Source: an uncultured delta proteobacterium
GTDB taxonomy: Bacteria; Desulfobacterota; Binatia; UBA9968
DNA length: 64,000 nucleotides
Assembly (NCBI GenBank): GCA_963847445.1
Contig: CAWJZV010000007.1
Location: 64,001 to 128,000 of the forward strand
Reading direction: 5' to 3'
The position numbers and the translations under genes are program-made. Positions 55,420 through 64,000 of this stretch are shown one piece after another. The notes beneath the pieces were generated by a model. It ran no database searches, had not been told where the DNA came from, and worked only from the letters and a program-made list of their open reading frames with translations. The first letter of the stretch is position 1. Each line of letters begins with the position of its first letter.

Positions 55420-56424
55420 ATGGGCCGTCGATGGTTCGGTTTCTTGTTGCTGGCGCTGAGCCTTGTTCCAGCAGCCTCCGCCTTCGCGGCCGATGCTCAG
55501 CCCCTGCGCAAAGTGCGCATGGCGTTCACCTCGCTGTCGTCGGTCATGTGTCCGCCTTGGATCGCCCGCGAGCTGGGGATTTTCAATAAACATGGCTTGG
55601 ACGTCGAAGTCATCGCCACTCCCACCGGCGTCGAAGGCATGAACGCGCTGATCGCCGGCGAAGTGCAGTTCTTGCAAATCTCCGGCGGCACCACCGCCAG
55701 CGCGGCCTTGGGCGGCGCCGATGTCATGGTCGTCGGCACGACCCTCGACGCGCTCGTGCAAAGTCTGATGGCGCGGCCGGAGATCGAGAAGGCGGAACAG
55801 CTCAAAGGCAAATCCGTCGGCATCACCCGCTTCGGCACGTCAATCGATGTCGGCGCGCGCATGGCGCTCAAGCATTTCGGTCTGGTGCCGGAGAAAGAAG
55901 TCGCCATCGTCCAGGTCGGCGGCATGGAGTCGATGGTCACCGCATTGCAGACCAATCGCATTCAAGCCGGCATTCTTTCCTATCCGGCGATCACCCAGGC
56001 CTTGAAGCTTGGCCACCACACGCTTACTCGACGTCGCGTCGTTGGGCATTCCTTACGCCTTCACCGGCATGACCACCCGCGGCCGTTTGATTAAAGAGGA
56101 CGCCGATCTGGTGCGCCGCTACATGATGGCGCAGACCGAAGCGATCGCCCGCGCCAAGCGCGACAAGAATCATGGCCCTCAAAGTCATGGGCAAATATCT
56201 GCGCACGACCAATCCCAACGCCCTCGCCGAGTCCTATGACATCGACGTGCAAAAATACCTGCTGCGCGTGCCGCTGACCACGGCGGAAGCGATGAAATCG
56301 GTGCTCGACGATCTCGCCGGGAGAATCCCGAAAGCCAAGGACGCCGACCCGAAGAAAATTCTTCGACGACAGCTTCGTGCGGCAAATGCAGTCCAGCGGT
56401 TTCATCGACGCCCTCTACAAATAG
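55420..56424 (+). CDS. NMT1/SsuA-like ABC substrate-binding protein (frameshifted)
   Basis: Signal peptide (AFA), WIARELGIFNKHGLDVE, LKGKSVGITRFG. Confidence 0.88.
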
Positions 56425-56532
56425 CTGCGCGTGCTATCGCAAACGTCAAAATCCAACCCATGGCGCGGTTTGACCCCACGCTCTCTGCCTGTTATATAAG
56501 AAATTATCGATAGATGCTGGAGGTAGGGTTTC

Positions 56533-57673
56533 ATGCGTGTCATCGATGCCGACGGCCATGTTGAAGAAAATCCGCTTACTTTTAGCGACAAGTACTTCGA
56601 CCCGGCCTTTCGCGCCCATCGTCCAGTCGTCGTTCCGGGAACCGAAGAAGGCCTCGCCTATTGGATGATCGACGAGCAGTTGTTTCCGCGCCGCGTCGGC
56701 CGCGGCTGCAATAACCTCGGCACGCCGGCAAGTTATAACGGCAAACCGGTGCGCCATGCCCAGCGCAAGCCCGATACCCTCGGCAGCATGGAGCTGACTA
56801 ACTTGAAGCGAGCGGCTGCAGATCATGGACGAGGAGAACATCGACCTCCAAGTGCTTTATCCGACGCTGTTCCTCGCCTATCCGCTGAGCAGCAATCCCG
56901 CTTACACCAGCGCCATGTGCCACGCCTATAATCGCTGGCTCGGCGACGTGCTTGTCCGGCCAGGAGCGGTTGAAGTGGGTCGGCGTGGCCAATCTCGACG
57001 ACATTCCCGGCGCGGTAAAACAAGTTAAGGAAGCGAAACAGCTCGGCGCCGTCGGCATGATGATCCTCGGCACGGCCGGCGATCGGCTGCTCGACGACGA
57101 TAGTCTGTTGCCGTTTTACGAAGCGGTCGCCAGTGAAGAGCTGCCGTTAGCGGTTCATGTCGGCTGGGCCTGCCCGGCGCTCAATAATCTCTACACCCAT
57201 ATTTATCCGTCCGGCGTGATTCCGTTCTTGATGCCGGTGCTCATGGGCATGGTGTCGATGATGAGCGGCGGCATCTTCGACCGGTATCCCGAATCTGCGC
57301 GTGGTCTATCTCGAAGCCGGCTGCCTGTGGGTTCATTTCATTCTCGAGCGGCTGCATCATCGCTTCGAGCATTCGGGGAAAAACCTTGCCAACGTCGTGT
57401 CGCGCACCGCGCCGATCGAAAAGCTTGCGCCGATGGATTACATCAAGCAGGGCAACATTTATTTCAGCTCGGAAGTGGAAGACGTTCTGTTGCCGCATGT
57501 GCTGGATCTAGTCGGCGACGGGCAAATGATGTTCGCCTCCGACATGCCCCATGGCGACCGCGAACGTTTCGCCGCCAAGACGCTGCAGGATCGCCAGCGA
57601 TATCAGCGCCGCGGCCAAGACCAAGATCCTGGAAGCCAATCCAGCGAAGTTTTATCGCTTACCGGGTTTCTAG
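56533..57673 (+). CDS. Amidohydrolase_2 family protein (frameshifted)
   Basis: VIDADGHVEE, MDEENIDLQVLYPT, AVH, YLEAG, FASDMPH. Confidence 0.9.
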
Positions 57674-57789
57674 CAGCTCGCGAAGGATCAGATTAAATTC
57701 AACCAATCGATGCGGCGAGAGTTCACCTCGCTCTCGGCTACGTTACCTCCGATAAACGCGTAGTGTTTCTGCAACCAAATTTATCGTCA

Positions 57790-58650
57790 ATGGCCGAATA
57801 CTACGCCTTCCAAGCCGCACTCTGTTTCTCCATCGCGCATATCTTTGTCCGCCGTGGTTTAGATGGCTCCAATGCATTCACTGGGTCGGTGATCTCTCTG
57901 GGCACCAGTACGGTGATTTTCTGGACCCTTGCCAGTCTGTTGGCGCCGCTTTCGTTGTTGGCTCCCCGACGATCGGCTACTTCATGGCCGGCGGCTTCTT
58001 TGCCCCGGCCATCGGTCAAACCTTGGGTTACATCGGCATGGAACGCATCGGCGTGGCGCGCTCCTCGCCGATCGTCAATACCTCGCCGATGTTTTCATCG
58101 ATCTTCGCCGTGCTATTTGCTCGGCGAGATTTGGCTGGCACAAAATATCCTCGGCACCTGTCTGGTCATTTTAGGTGTCGTCATCCTATCGACCAGCCGG
58201 CCGGCGAGCGGAGAGTGGGACAAAAAGGATGTTATCTACCCGCTCTTGGCCGCTCTCGCATTCGGTATCTCAACGACGCTCCGCAAGAGCGGCTTGATGG
58301 CGATTCACGTGCCGTTGCTGGCCGCCGCTGTAACCGTGGGCACGGCCTTTGTCGTTCTACTCGCCATCGTTTGGTTCAGGGGCGGCAGCGCCGTCTTACG
58401 CTTTAACCGACAAAGCAGCGCTTGGCTCTTCGGCGGCGCGCTGATTAACAGCGCGGCGATCCTGTCGTTCTTCTCCGCGCTCAACGTCGGCACCGTCGTT
58501 CGGGTGGAACCGCTGGTCGCCTGCAATCCGCTATTGACCCTAGTCTGGGCTTCGATCTTTCTTCGGCAATTGGAGACGCTTTCCTGGCGGGTTGTGGCCG
58601 GCGCGCTGGTGACGGTGGCGGGTACGGTGCTGGTGGTAACGGTGCAATAA
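57790..58650 (+). CDS. DMT/EamA transporter (frameshifted)
   Basis: About 10 TM segments; IGVARSSPIVNTSPMF, VVRVEPLVACNPL. Confidence 0.88.
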   Translation: MAEYYAFQAALCFSIAHIFVRRGLDGSNAFTGSVISLGTSTVIFWTLASLLAPLSLLAPRRSATSWPAASLPRPSVKPWVTSAWNASAWRAPRRSSIPRRCFHRSSPCYLLGEIWLAQNILGTCLVILGVVILSTSRPASGEWDKKDVIYPLLAALAFGISTTLRKSGLMAIHVPLLAAAVTVGTAFVVLLAIVWFRGGSAVLRFNRQSSAWLFGGALINSAAILSFFSALNVGTVVRVEPLVACNPLLTLVWASIFLRQLETLSWRVVAGALVTVAGTVLVVTVQ

Positions 58651-59521
58651 ATGAACTTGGCTGTCTATTTTTCATTTCAAGCCGCGCTGTGCTTTTCCAT
58701 CGCGCATATTCTGATTCGCCGCGGTCTTGGTCGATTCCAACGCCATGACCGGTTCGCTGATATCGCTAACCATGAGCGCGGTGGTGCTGTGGTGCGCATT
58801 GCCGTTTTTCGTGCCGCTGTCGGCCCTGGCTGAATCCGGCCCTGCTGATATTTGTCGCGGCGGGAGTTTTCGCCCCAGGAATCGGCCGCACGCTCAGTTA
58901 CGTCGGCATCGAGAAAATCGGCGTCGCCCGCTCGGTGCCGATCGCCAACTCATCGCCGATCTTCGCTTCGATCTTCGCCGTGATCTTTCTCGCCGAAACC
59001 TGGGTGCTGCAAAACATCGTCGGCACGCTGCTGGTGATCGGCGGCGTCATCGTTCTGTCGATGGCCAAGCCAGCCCAGGGCAAGTGGCGCAAGTTCGATG
59101 TGATCTACCCGCTGGTCGGCGCAGTCGCATTCGGGGTTTCGGCGATCTTGCGCAAAGCAGGTCTGGAACTGGTTAACATTCCGCTTCTGGCCGCCGCCGT
59201 CACTGCCGGAATCGCGGCGTTGTTTTCTTTTGCGCTGCTGCAAATCCAGGGCGGCAGGCAAAGTTTTCAAACTGACCCGCCGCAGCGCGTCGTGGCTATT
59301 TACCGCCGGGGTCTTCAATACCGCTGCCATGCTGTCGGTGTTCTTTGCGCTCAGCCACGGCAAAGTGGTTATCGTCGAGCCCTTGGTCAGTTCCAATCCG
59401 GTGATGACACTTCTTGCTCACGTCAATCTTTCTCCGCGATGTCGAGTCCTTGACCTTGCGCGTCCTCATCGGCGCCGCCTTGACGGTCACCGGAACGATC
59501 CTGGTCGTGCTCGTCAAGTGA
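58651..59521 (+). CDS. DMT/EamA transporter, paralogue of the preceding gene (frameshifted)
   Basis: FQAALCFSIAHI shared with the first copy; IGVARSVPIANSSPIF. Confidence 0.88.
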
Positions 59522-59588
59522 GCGGTTTTAATTCGAATTTCCAAGGTGATATGACTGTCGAGAAGAAATCTCTGGAGGGCTCACGGTA

Positions 59589-60728
59589 ATGTCCAAAGCG
59601 ATGCAAGCGGAAAGAAGAATGTGGAGCAAGTTTTACTCCTACGACGAGTGGATGGAGGCCCAGGGAATTCCCATCTACCGCGGTTACTACATCGAAGACC
59701 TGCGGACATTGGAATTGAAATGGTGGGACGCCCGCGAGTGTAACTCGGCTTTCATCCAACTGGTCGGCCAGGAAGGGGTCACTTCGGCGCGCGTCACCGA
59801 GATTCCTCCCGGTAAAAGTCTACCGCCGCTGAAATTCGCCCTCGATGAAATCGTCTACGTCGTCGAGGGGCGTGGCCTCAGTACGATTTGGGCCGGCGAG
59901 AAACGGCCGAAGAAAACATTCGAGTGGCAAAAACACAGCATGTTTCTGCTGCCGCACAACTATACCCATCAGTTCACCAACATGCAGGGCGACAAGCCGG
60001 TGCGCTTGCTGCATTACAATTACATGCCGCTGACCTTGTCCGGCGTGCGCGATGTCAATTTTATCTTCGGCAATGGCTACGAGGGCGCCGACATTCAGAA
60101 CGAGATGGATTTTTATTCCGAAGCCAAGATGGTCTCGCAAAACAATCTCGACGAGAGCTGGGGCCGGCGCGCCTACTGGTACGGCAACTTTTTTCCTGAC
60201 ATGAAAGCCTGGGATAAGCTCGATAGCAACGCCCGGCGCGGCGCCGGCGGGCGCAGCGTTTATATTCAGTTCCCCGACTCGGAGATGTCCTGCCACATGT
60301 CGGTGTTCGACGCGCGCTTATACAAAAAAGCCCACCGCCATGGTCCCGGCCGGGTGATCGTCATTCCCGTCGGCGAAGGCTACTCGATCATGTGGGAAGA
60401 GGGCAAAGACAAAGTCGTCGTGCCCTGGCATGAAGCGAGTCTGTTCGTGCCGCCGAATAAATGGTTTCACCAGCACTTCAACGCCGGCGGCGAGCCGGCG
60501 CGCTACCTGGCGCTCCATCCGCCCATGCAGTTCCACGGCCACGCGGAAAAGGTCGAAGACCGCGCCAAAGACCAGATCGAATACTGCAACGAAGACAAAT
60601 GGGTGCGCGAAAAATTCGAAGGCGAAATGGCCAAACGCGGGATTACGTCATTAATGCCGCCCGAAGCCTACACCGATCCGAACTTCGAATGGAACTGGAA
60701 ACCGTTCGTCCAGCAAAACCAAAAGTAA
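59589..60728 (+). CDS. Bicupin protein (gentisate dioxygenase-like fold)
   Basis: Two cupin barrels: EIVYVVEGRG and KAHRHGPG...WFHQHFN. Confidence 0.85.
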   Translation: MSKAMQAERRMWSKFYSYDEWMEAQGIPIYRGYYIEDLRTLELKWWDARECNSAFIQLVGQEGVTSARVTEIPPGKSLPPLKFALDEIVYVVEGRGLSTIWAGEKRPKKTFEWQKHSMFLLPHNYTHQFTNMQGDKPVRLLHYNYMPLTLSGVRDVNFIFGNGYEGADIQNEMDFYSEAKMVSQNNLDESWGRRAYWYGNFFPDMKAWDKLDSNARRGAGGRSVYIQFPDSEMSCHMSVFDARLYKKAHRHGPGRVIVIPVGEGYSIMWEEGKDKVVVPWHEASLFVPPNKWFHQHFNAGGEPARYLALHPPMQFHGHAEKVEDRAKDQIEYCNEDKWVREKFEGEMAKRGITSLMPPEAYTDPNFEWNWKPFVQQNQK

Positions 60729-60864
60729 GCTGTCACAGTTTTCACGGCGCAAAACAAAAAGCCCCACACCGAGTGCGATATGGTCAACACAACCATTCCG
60801 GAATGGCAACAAAATGCTACGGATAGGTACGGATATTATCGGAGCCGCAACCGGAGCGGGCCGA

Positions 60865-60894
60865 CGCTAAATGTTCGCCAGGCAACATTTAGCG
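60865..60894. terminator. Hairpin between convergent genes
   Basis: CGCTAAATGTT-N8-AACATTTAGCG (11-bp perfect stem), no clear U-tract. Confidence 0.45.
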
Positions 60895-60942
60895 ATTCGA
60901 AGACCAGCGCAATCTGTCAATCTGACCCGCCAGTGACCCGAA

Positions 60943-61287
60943 CTATTTGCCGTCGTCGATGCTGACGACGATGATTGCGTTGGCAATCAGCCAACCGTCA
61001 TCGCCCTTTTCATTGAGGACCTGCAGTCCGCCCTGGACGACGTTGACGTGGCCGCCACCGTGCGGCAGCGATTCCAGCACCGCCTGGCGATCCACCGCCT
61101 CGGGTTTGGGCACGCCGATAGTTACGTCCACCCGCATATCGTCTGCGGTCTTGCCCACCAGTCGCGGAAATCCCAAGCTGCTGTGGTGAATCGCATCGAA
61201 TACCGCCCGCTTGGCAGCAGCGGTGTAATCCAATCCGTGTACATCCACTCCCATACCCATTTCTGTAACGCACCGTACCAAGGCCAT
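60943..61287 (-). CDS. Lin0512-family protein
   Basis: EMGMGVDVHGLDYTAAAKRAVFDAIHHSSL, VTIGVPKP, LPHG. Confidence 0.88.
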   Translation of the reverse strand: MALVRCVTEMGMGVDVHGLDYTAAAKRAVFDAIHHSSLGFPRLVGKTADDMRVDVTIGVPKPEAVDRQAVLESLPHGGGHVNVVQGGLQVLNEKGDDGWLIANAIIVVSIDDGK

Positions 61288-61419
61288 GCTAGTCACCTCC
61301 ACCTGCTAGATCCAGTCGAACCGATTCTTTGTTGCTATTCTTCATTGCGCTGTTGGTAGTTTATCGCGAGTAACCCACCACGATGGGCACGAAGGGTTCG
61401 GCTGACCAAATCTCCAAAG

Positions 61420-61443
61420 AGGGCGGGTTTCAAACCCGACCCT
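61420..61443. repeat. REP-like palindromic element
   Basis: AGGGCGGGTTTCAAACCCGACCCT hairpin in an intergenic region. Confidence 0.55.
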
Positions 61444-61575
61444 GCGCTTGTCCGGCCGACGGACGGTCTCCAGACGTCTTGTTTCTGCGCAACGCTTTGA
61501 ACTGGAGCGAATGCGGTAAACACTCCGAATCCGACTCTTTCATTTTGTTATCGGCGCCCGCTCGTCGCCTTGCTG

Positions 61576-62481
61576 CTACGCGTTCAGGTTGACGAGATCG
61601 TTCGCGCACGGCGCGGTCTCGAGGAAATCCCAGCTCTTCATCCAATCGTAGGTGCGTTGAAGTTCATCGGCCGGTATCGGCGCTGGATCGACCAGATAGA
61701 GGCGGCTCTCGCGCAGATCGTCAATCGTAAGCTGGCTGATCTGCGGATCCTTATCGCGATAGTAGTCGATGAAGTAGTGCATATAGGCGCGCTTGTTCGC
61801 CATGACACGCCGGACCGCCTCGCGGATCGCGCGGTTGAAGGCGGCGTAAGTTTCAGCATCGACACGATCGGACGCCACATCGGTGCCGTGGTGGAAAGCG
61901 GAAATAACCACCCGGCAGCCGATTTTTTCCGCCAACGAAATATACGGTTCGGTCAGGGTCGTCGCTTCGATGGTCTTATCCATCAGCATCTTGAAGCGGT
62001 AATTGGAGCCATTCGGCACCCGGCCGATCTTGATCAGCTCGCGCGGCACGAAGCCTTCCAGCATCTGCAAAGCCAGGTAGTGCGTGCCGCTGTAAAAGGG
62101 GATGCCGATCTGCACGTTGGCGAATTGCTGGGGCACCTGCACCGGCGAATCGGCGCGGACGACGAGGGCGGCGAAATTCACCATGGAACGACGGCCAAGC
62201 TGCCGGCTGCCAACGCTGGAGGTTTCTACCCTCGAGTAATTGCCCCACTCGCAAGCGTTGTAGAGGTCAGCCTGGCCGGATTCCATCATGCGGCCGTGGC
62301 TGGTGTAACGCGAGGCGTCCTTATGATCGGTGATGTGCAGCTGCGGGTTCTTGTCGAGGCCTTTCTCACGGTCCAGCCACTCGATCTGGATGCCTTCTTT
62401 CTCGAACAGACCCTCGTCATAGGCCACCAGCTCGGCCAAGCCTTGGAACGGCGCAGTGGTTTCCAATCGCAGTGTCTTCAT
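61576..62481 (-). CDS. NMT1/THI5-like periplasmic-binding-fold protein without signal peptide
   Basis: VAYDEGLFEKEGIQIE, LVVRADSP, LTEPY; hydrophilic N-terminus MKTLRLETT after a GGAGAGGA RBS. Confidence 0.8.
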   Translation of the reverse strand: MKTLRLETTAPFQGLAELVAYDEGLFEKEGIQIEWLDREKGLDKNPQLHITDHKDASRYTSHGRMMESGQADLYNACEWGNYSRVETSSVGSRQLGRRSMVNFAALVVRADSPVQVPQQFANVQIGIPFYSGTHYLALQMLEGFVPRELIKIGRVPNGSNYRFKMLMDKTIEATTLTEPYISLAEKIGCRVVISAFHHGTDVASDRVDAETYAAFNRAIREAVRRVMANKRAYMHYFIDYYRDKDPQISQLTIDDLRESRLYLVDPAPIPADELQRTYDWMKSWDFLETAPCANDLVNLNA

Positions 62482-62687
62482 AGATTCCTCTCCATGGGGC
62501 GTCAGCTAACTTCCTTGTATATAGTGGCATTCTAACTTCTGTCAAACCACCCTTGCGGGTAGAAAATCCTGGCATCGACAATGACTCAGTTAAAACTTGA
62601 AATGAACGCTTGGGATAAGTCCAGAATACAAGTTCGGTTCGGATGGCGGAAGTCATTGGGGCACGCACTTTCGTCTCGGTCCAAGAA

Positions 62688-62903
62688 TCAGAGGGGTCCG
62701 CCGCCGGGGTCGACACCATGTAGCTGGTAGTGGTCGCTCATCAAAAAAGGCATTGATCTCAACTTTCCAGAGCCGGGCGAACTCGGCGAATCAGTCGAGA
62801 AAACTTTGCCGTCCTTGGTCTTGCAGAAAGAGGTCCCGGCGCGATTGGCATGATTAATAACGTGGTAGAACGCCCCCGGGAATTCAATGCGCAGCTGGTC
62901 CAT
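62688..62903 (-). pseudogene. Decayed Y1/HUH (RAYT, IS200-like) transposase N-terminus
   Basis: LRIEFPGAFYHVIN and FLMSDHYQL (degenerate HUH motif); truncated. Confidence 0.75.
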
Positions 62904-63012
62904 GCGGATCGTTTATTTCATGCCCGGTCGTCCGTGAAGAGTTAAACGTAGACTTGTTTTTGTTCCGCCGCGGATGCAGTTTCCCCGCGCGGAAAATTAC
63001 TAGCTGCAGGCT

Positions 63013-63041
63013 TTGACTTTAGCGACCGCGAATCCTATTAG
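63013..63041 (+). promoter_or_regulatory. sigma70-type promoter
   Basis: TTGACT-N17-TATTAG upstream of the Bug/TctC gene. Confidence 0.45.
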
Positions 63042-63133
63042 GTAGCCTTGCGGGGGAATTGGCGGTGCGCCGAATTCACCGACTCGACCGCGCATCTGTC
63101 CACCTAACTCCAGCGCGAAGAAAGGTGATCGCG

Positions 63134-64000
63134 ATGAGAACTGGAAATGCTCGTTTAGATGCAATTGCTGGGTTGGCGATTGGCATATCTTTGGCGATGC
63201 CGCAGTGGGCTTTCGGGCAGGCGTCGTTTTATGAGGGCAAGACGATTACGATCATCCAGGCGCGCGCGGCCGGCGGCACGGGAGACCTGCGCGTGCGCGC
63301 GCAGACGCCGTTTCTGCGAAAATATCTTCCGGGCAATCCGACCATCGTTCACGAGTTCATGGATGGCGGCGGCGGCCGAAAAGCCGCCAATCACATATAT
63401 CGAACGGCCCGCCCGGACGGCCTGACCATCGGTGCCATGACGCCGGGATTTGTGCCGAGCGCTGTGCTTGGCGAGACCGGTGTTTTATACGACCTCGACA
63501 AAACCATTTATCTAGGCTCCCCCGACGGCGGCGCTCAATGGATCTTCGCGACGCGCAAAGCTCTCGGCGCCGACAGTTTAGCCAAACTACGGGCCCTATC
63601 GGGATTGCGCATCGGCGCCCAGGCAGTGGGGCATCCGATTTATCTTACCGGCCGCCTGTTCGCCTACTTGCTCGGCCTCAAGGATCCGAGATTCGTCACG
63701 GGTTACACCACGCAGGAAATCGATATCGCGTTGCTGCGCGGCGAGGTGGACGGCAGATCTAACCTGGCTGAGACCGTCGTCCATCGCAGCCCCGAGTGGA
63801 TTTCCAAGCAGCTCGTCGACTTCCACGCGATCATCGAAGTGCAAAAAGGCATCCGGCCGTCTCAGTTTGCCCAGGTGCCCGAGCTCGAGACCTTCACTAA
63901 AACGGATCTTGACAGAAAGATCCTGGCGCTGCTGCGCGGATTCCGGGCCACCGGATCGCCCAACATTCTGCCGCCGGGAACGCCCAAAGACCGGGTGCAA
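63134..64000 (+). CDS. Bug/TctC-family tripartite tricarboxylate transporter binding protein (runs off window end)
   Basis: Not in the ORF track (no stop). Translates MRTGNARL...AFGQASFYEGKTITII...AGGTGD...KYLPGNPTIV...GGGGRKAANHIY...PDGLTIG...PPGTPKDRVQ. Confidence 0.9.
   Translation, partial: MRTGNARLDAIAGLAIGISLAMPQWAFGQASFYEGKTITIIQARAAGGTGDLRVRAQTPFLRKYLPGNPTIVHEFMDGGGGRKAANHIYRTARPDGLTIGAMTPGFVPSAVLGETGVLYDLDKTIYLGSPDGGAQWIFATRKALGADSLAKLRALSGLRIGAQAVGHPIYLTGRLFAYLLGLKDPRFVTGYTTQEIDIALLRGEVDGRSNLAETVVHRSPEWISKQLVDFHAIIEVQKGIRPSQFAQVPELETFTKTDLDRKILALLRGFRATGSPNILPPGTPKDRVQ

Noticed and set aside
61570-62535. 321-aa plus-strand ORF and similar long antisense ORFs (e.g. 2858-3721, 28154-29074, 54555-55361, 63596-64000)
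   Set aside because: Shadow frames opposite well-supported genes, expected in GC-rich DNA, with no recognisable motifs.

Overview
Chromosomal window of a GC-rich, deltaproteobacterium-like organism. The gene content (orphan NMT1/SsuA and Bug/TctC binding proteins, DADGH-type amidohydrolases, delta-type HTH-pilMNOPQ and aroCKBQ) suggests Candidatus Binatia/Binatota; this is inference. Many genes, including housekeeping ones (aroC, aroB, aroK, fmt, rsmB, rpe), are broken by single-base indels, most likely long-read assembly errors, so features are given as reconstructed spans. In order: ArnT-like transferase; an operon of two exported DxNxDGxxD-repeat proteins plus TonB-like/ExbB/ExbD genes, followed by a convergent exported VWA protein; aroQ-aroB-aroK-aroC; a type IVa pilus locus (HTH-pilMNOPQ, then a sigma54-driven fimU-pilV-pilW-pilX-pilY1-TPR cassette); priA-def-fmt-rsmB-rpe; tRNA-Pro(CGG) with a beta-barrel gene; M48 peptidase-clpA-clpS; CBS protein and 2-oxoacid:ferredoxin oxidoreductase; a chromate/oxyanion island; moaA; a sigma54 two-component system with two downstream sigma54 promoters; an amidohydrolase/binding-protein/EamA/cupin cluster; a decayed RAYT-type transposase; a Bug/TctC gene running off the end. 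Best candidate for an undescribed system: the receptor-less Ton/Tol motor with repeat proteins and VWA protein at 1.6-7.5 kb, whose parts list resembles a reduced myxobacterial Agl-Glt gliding/adhesion module.
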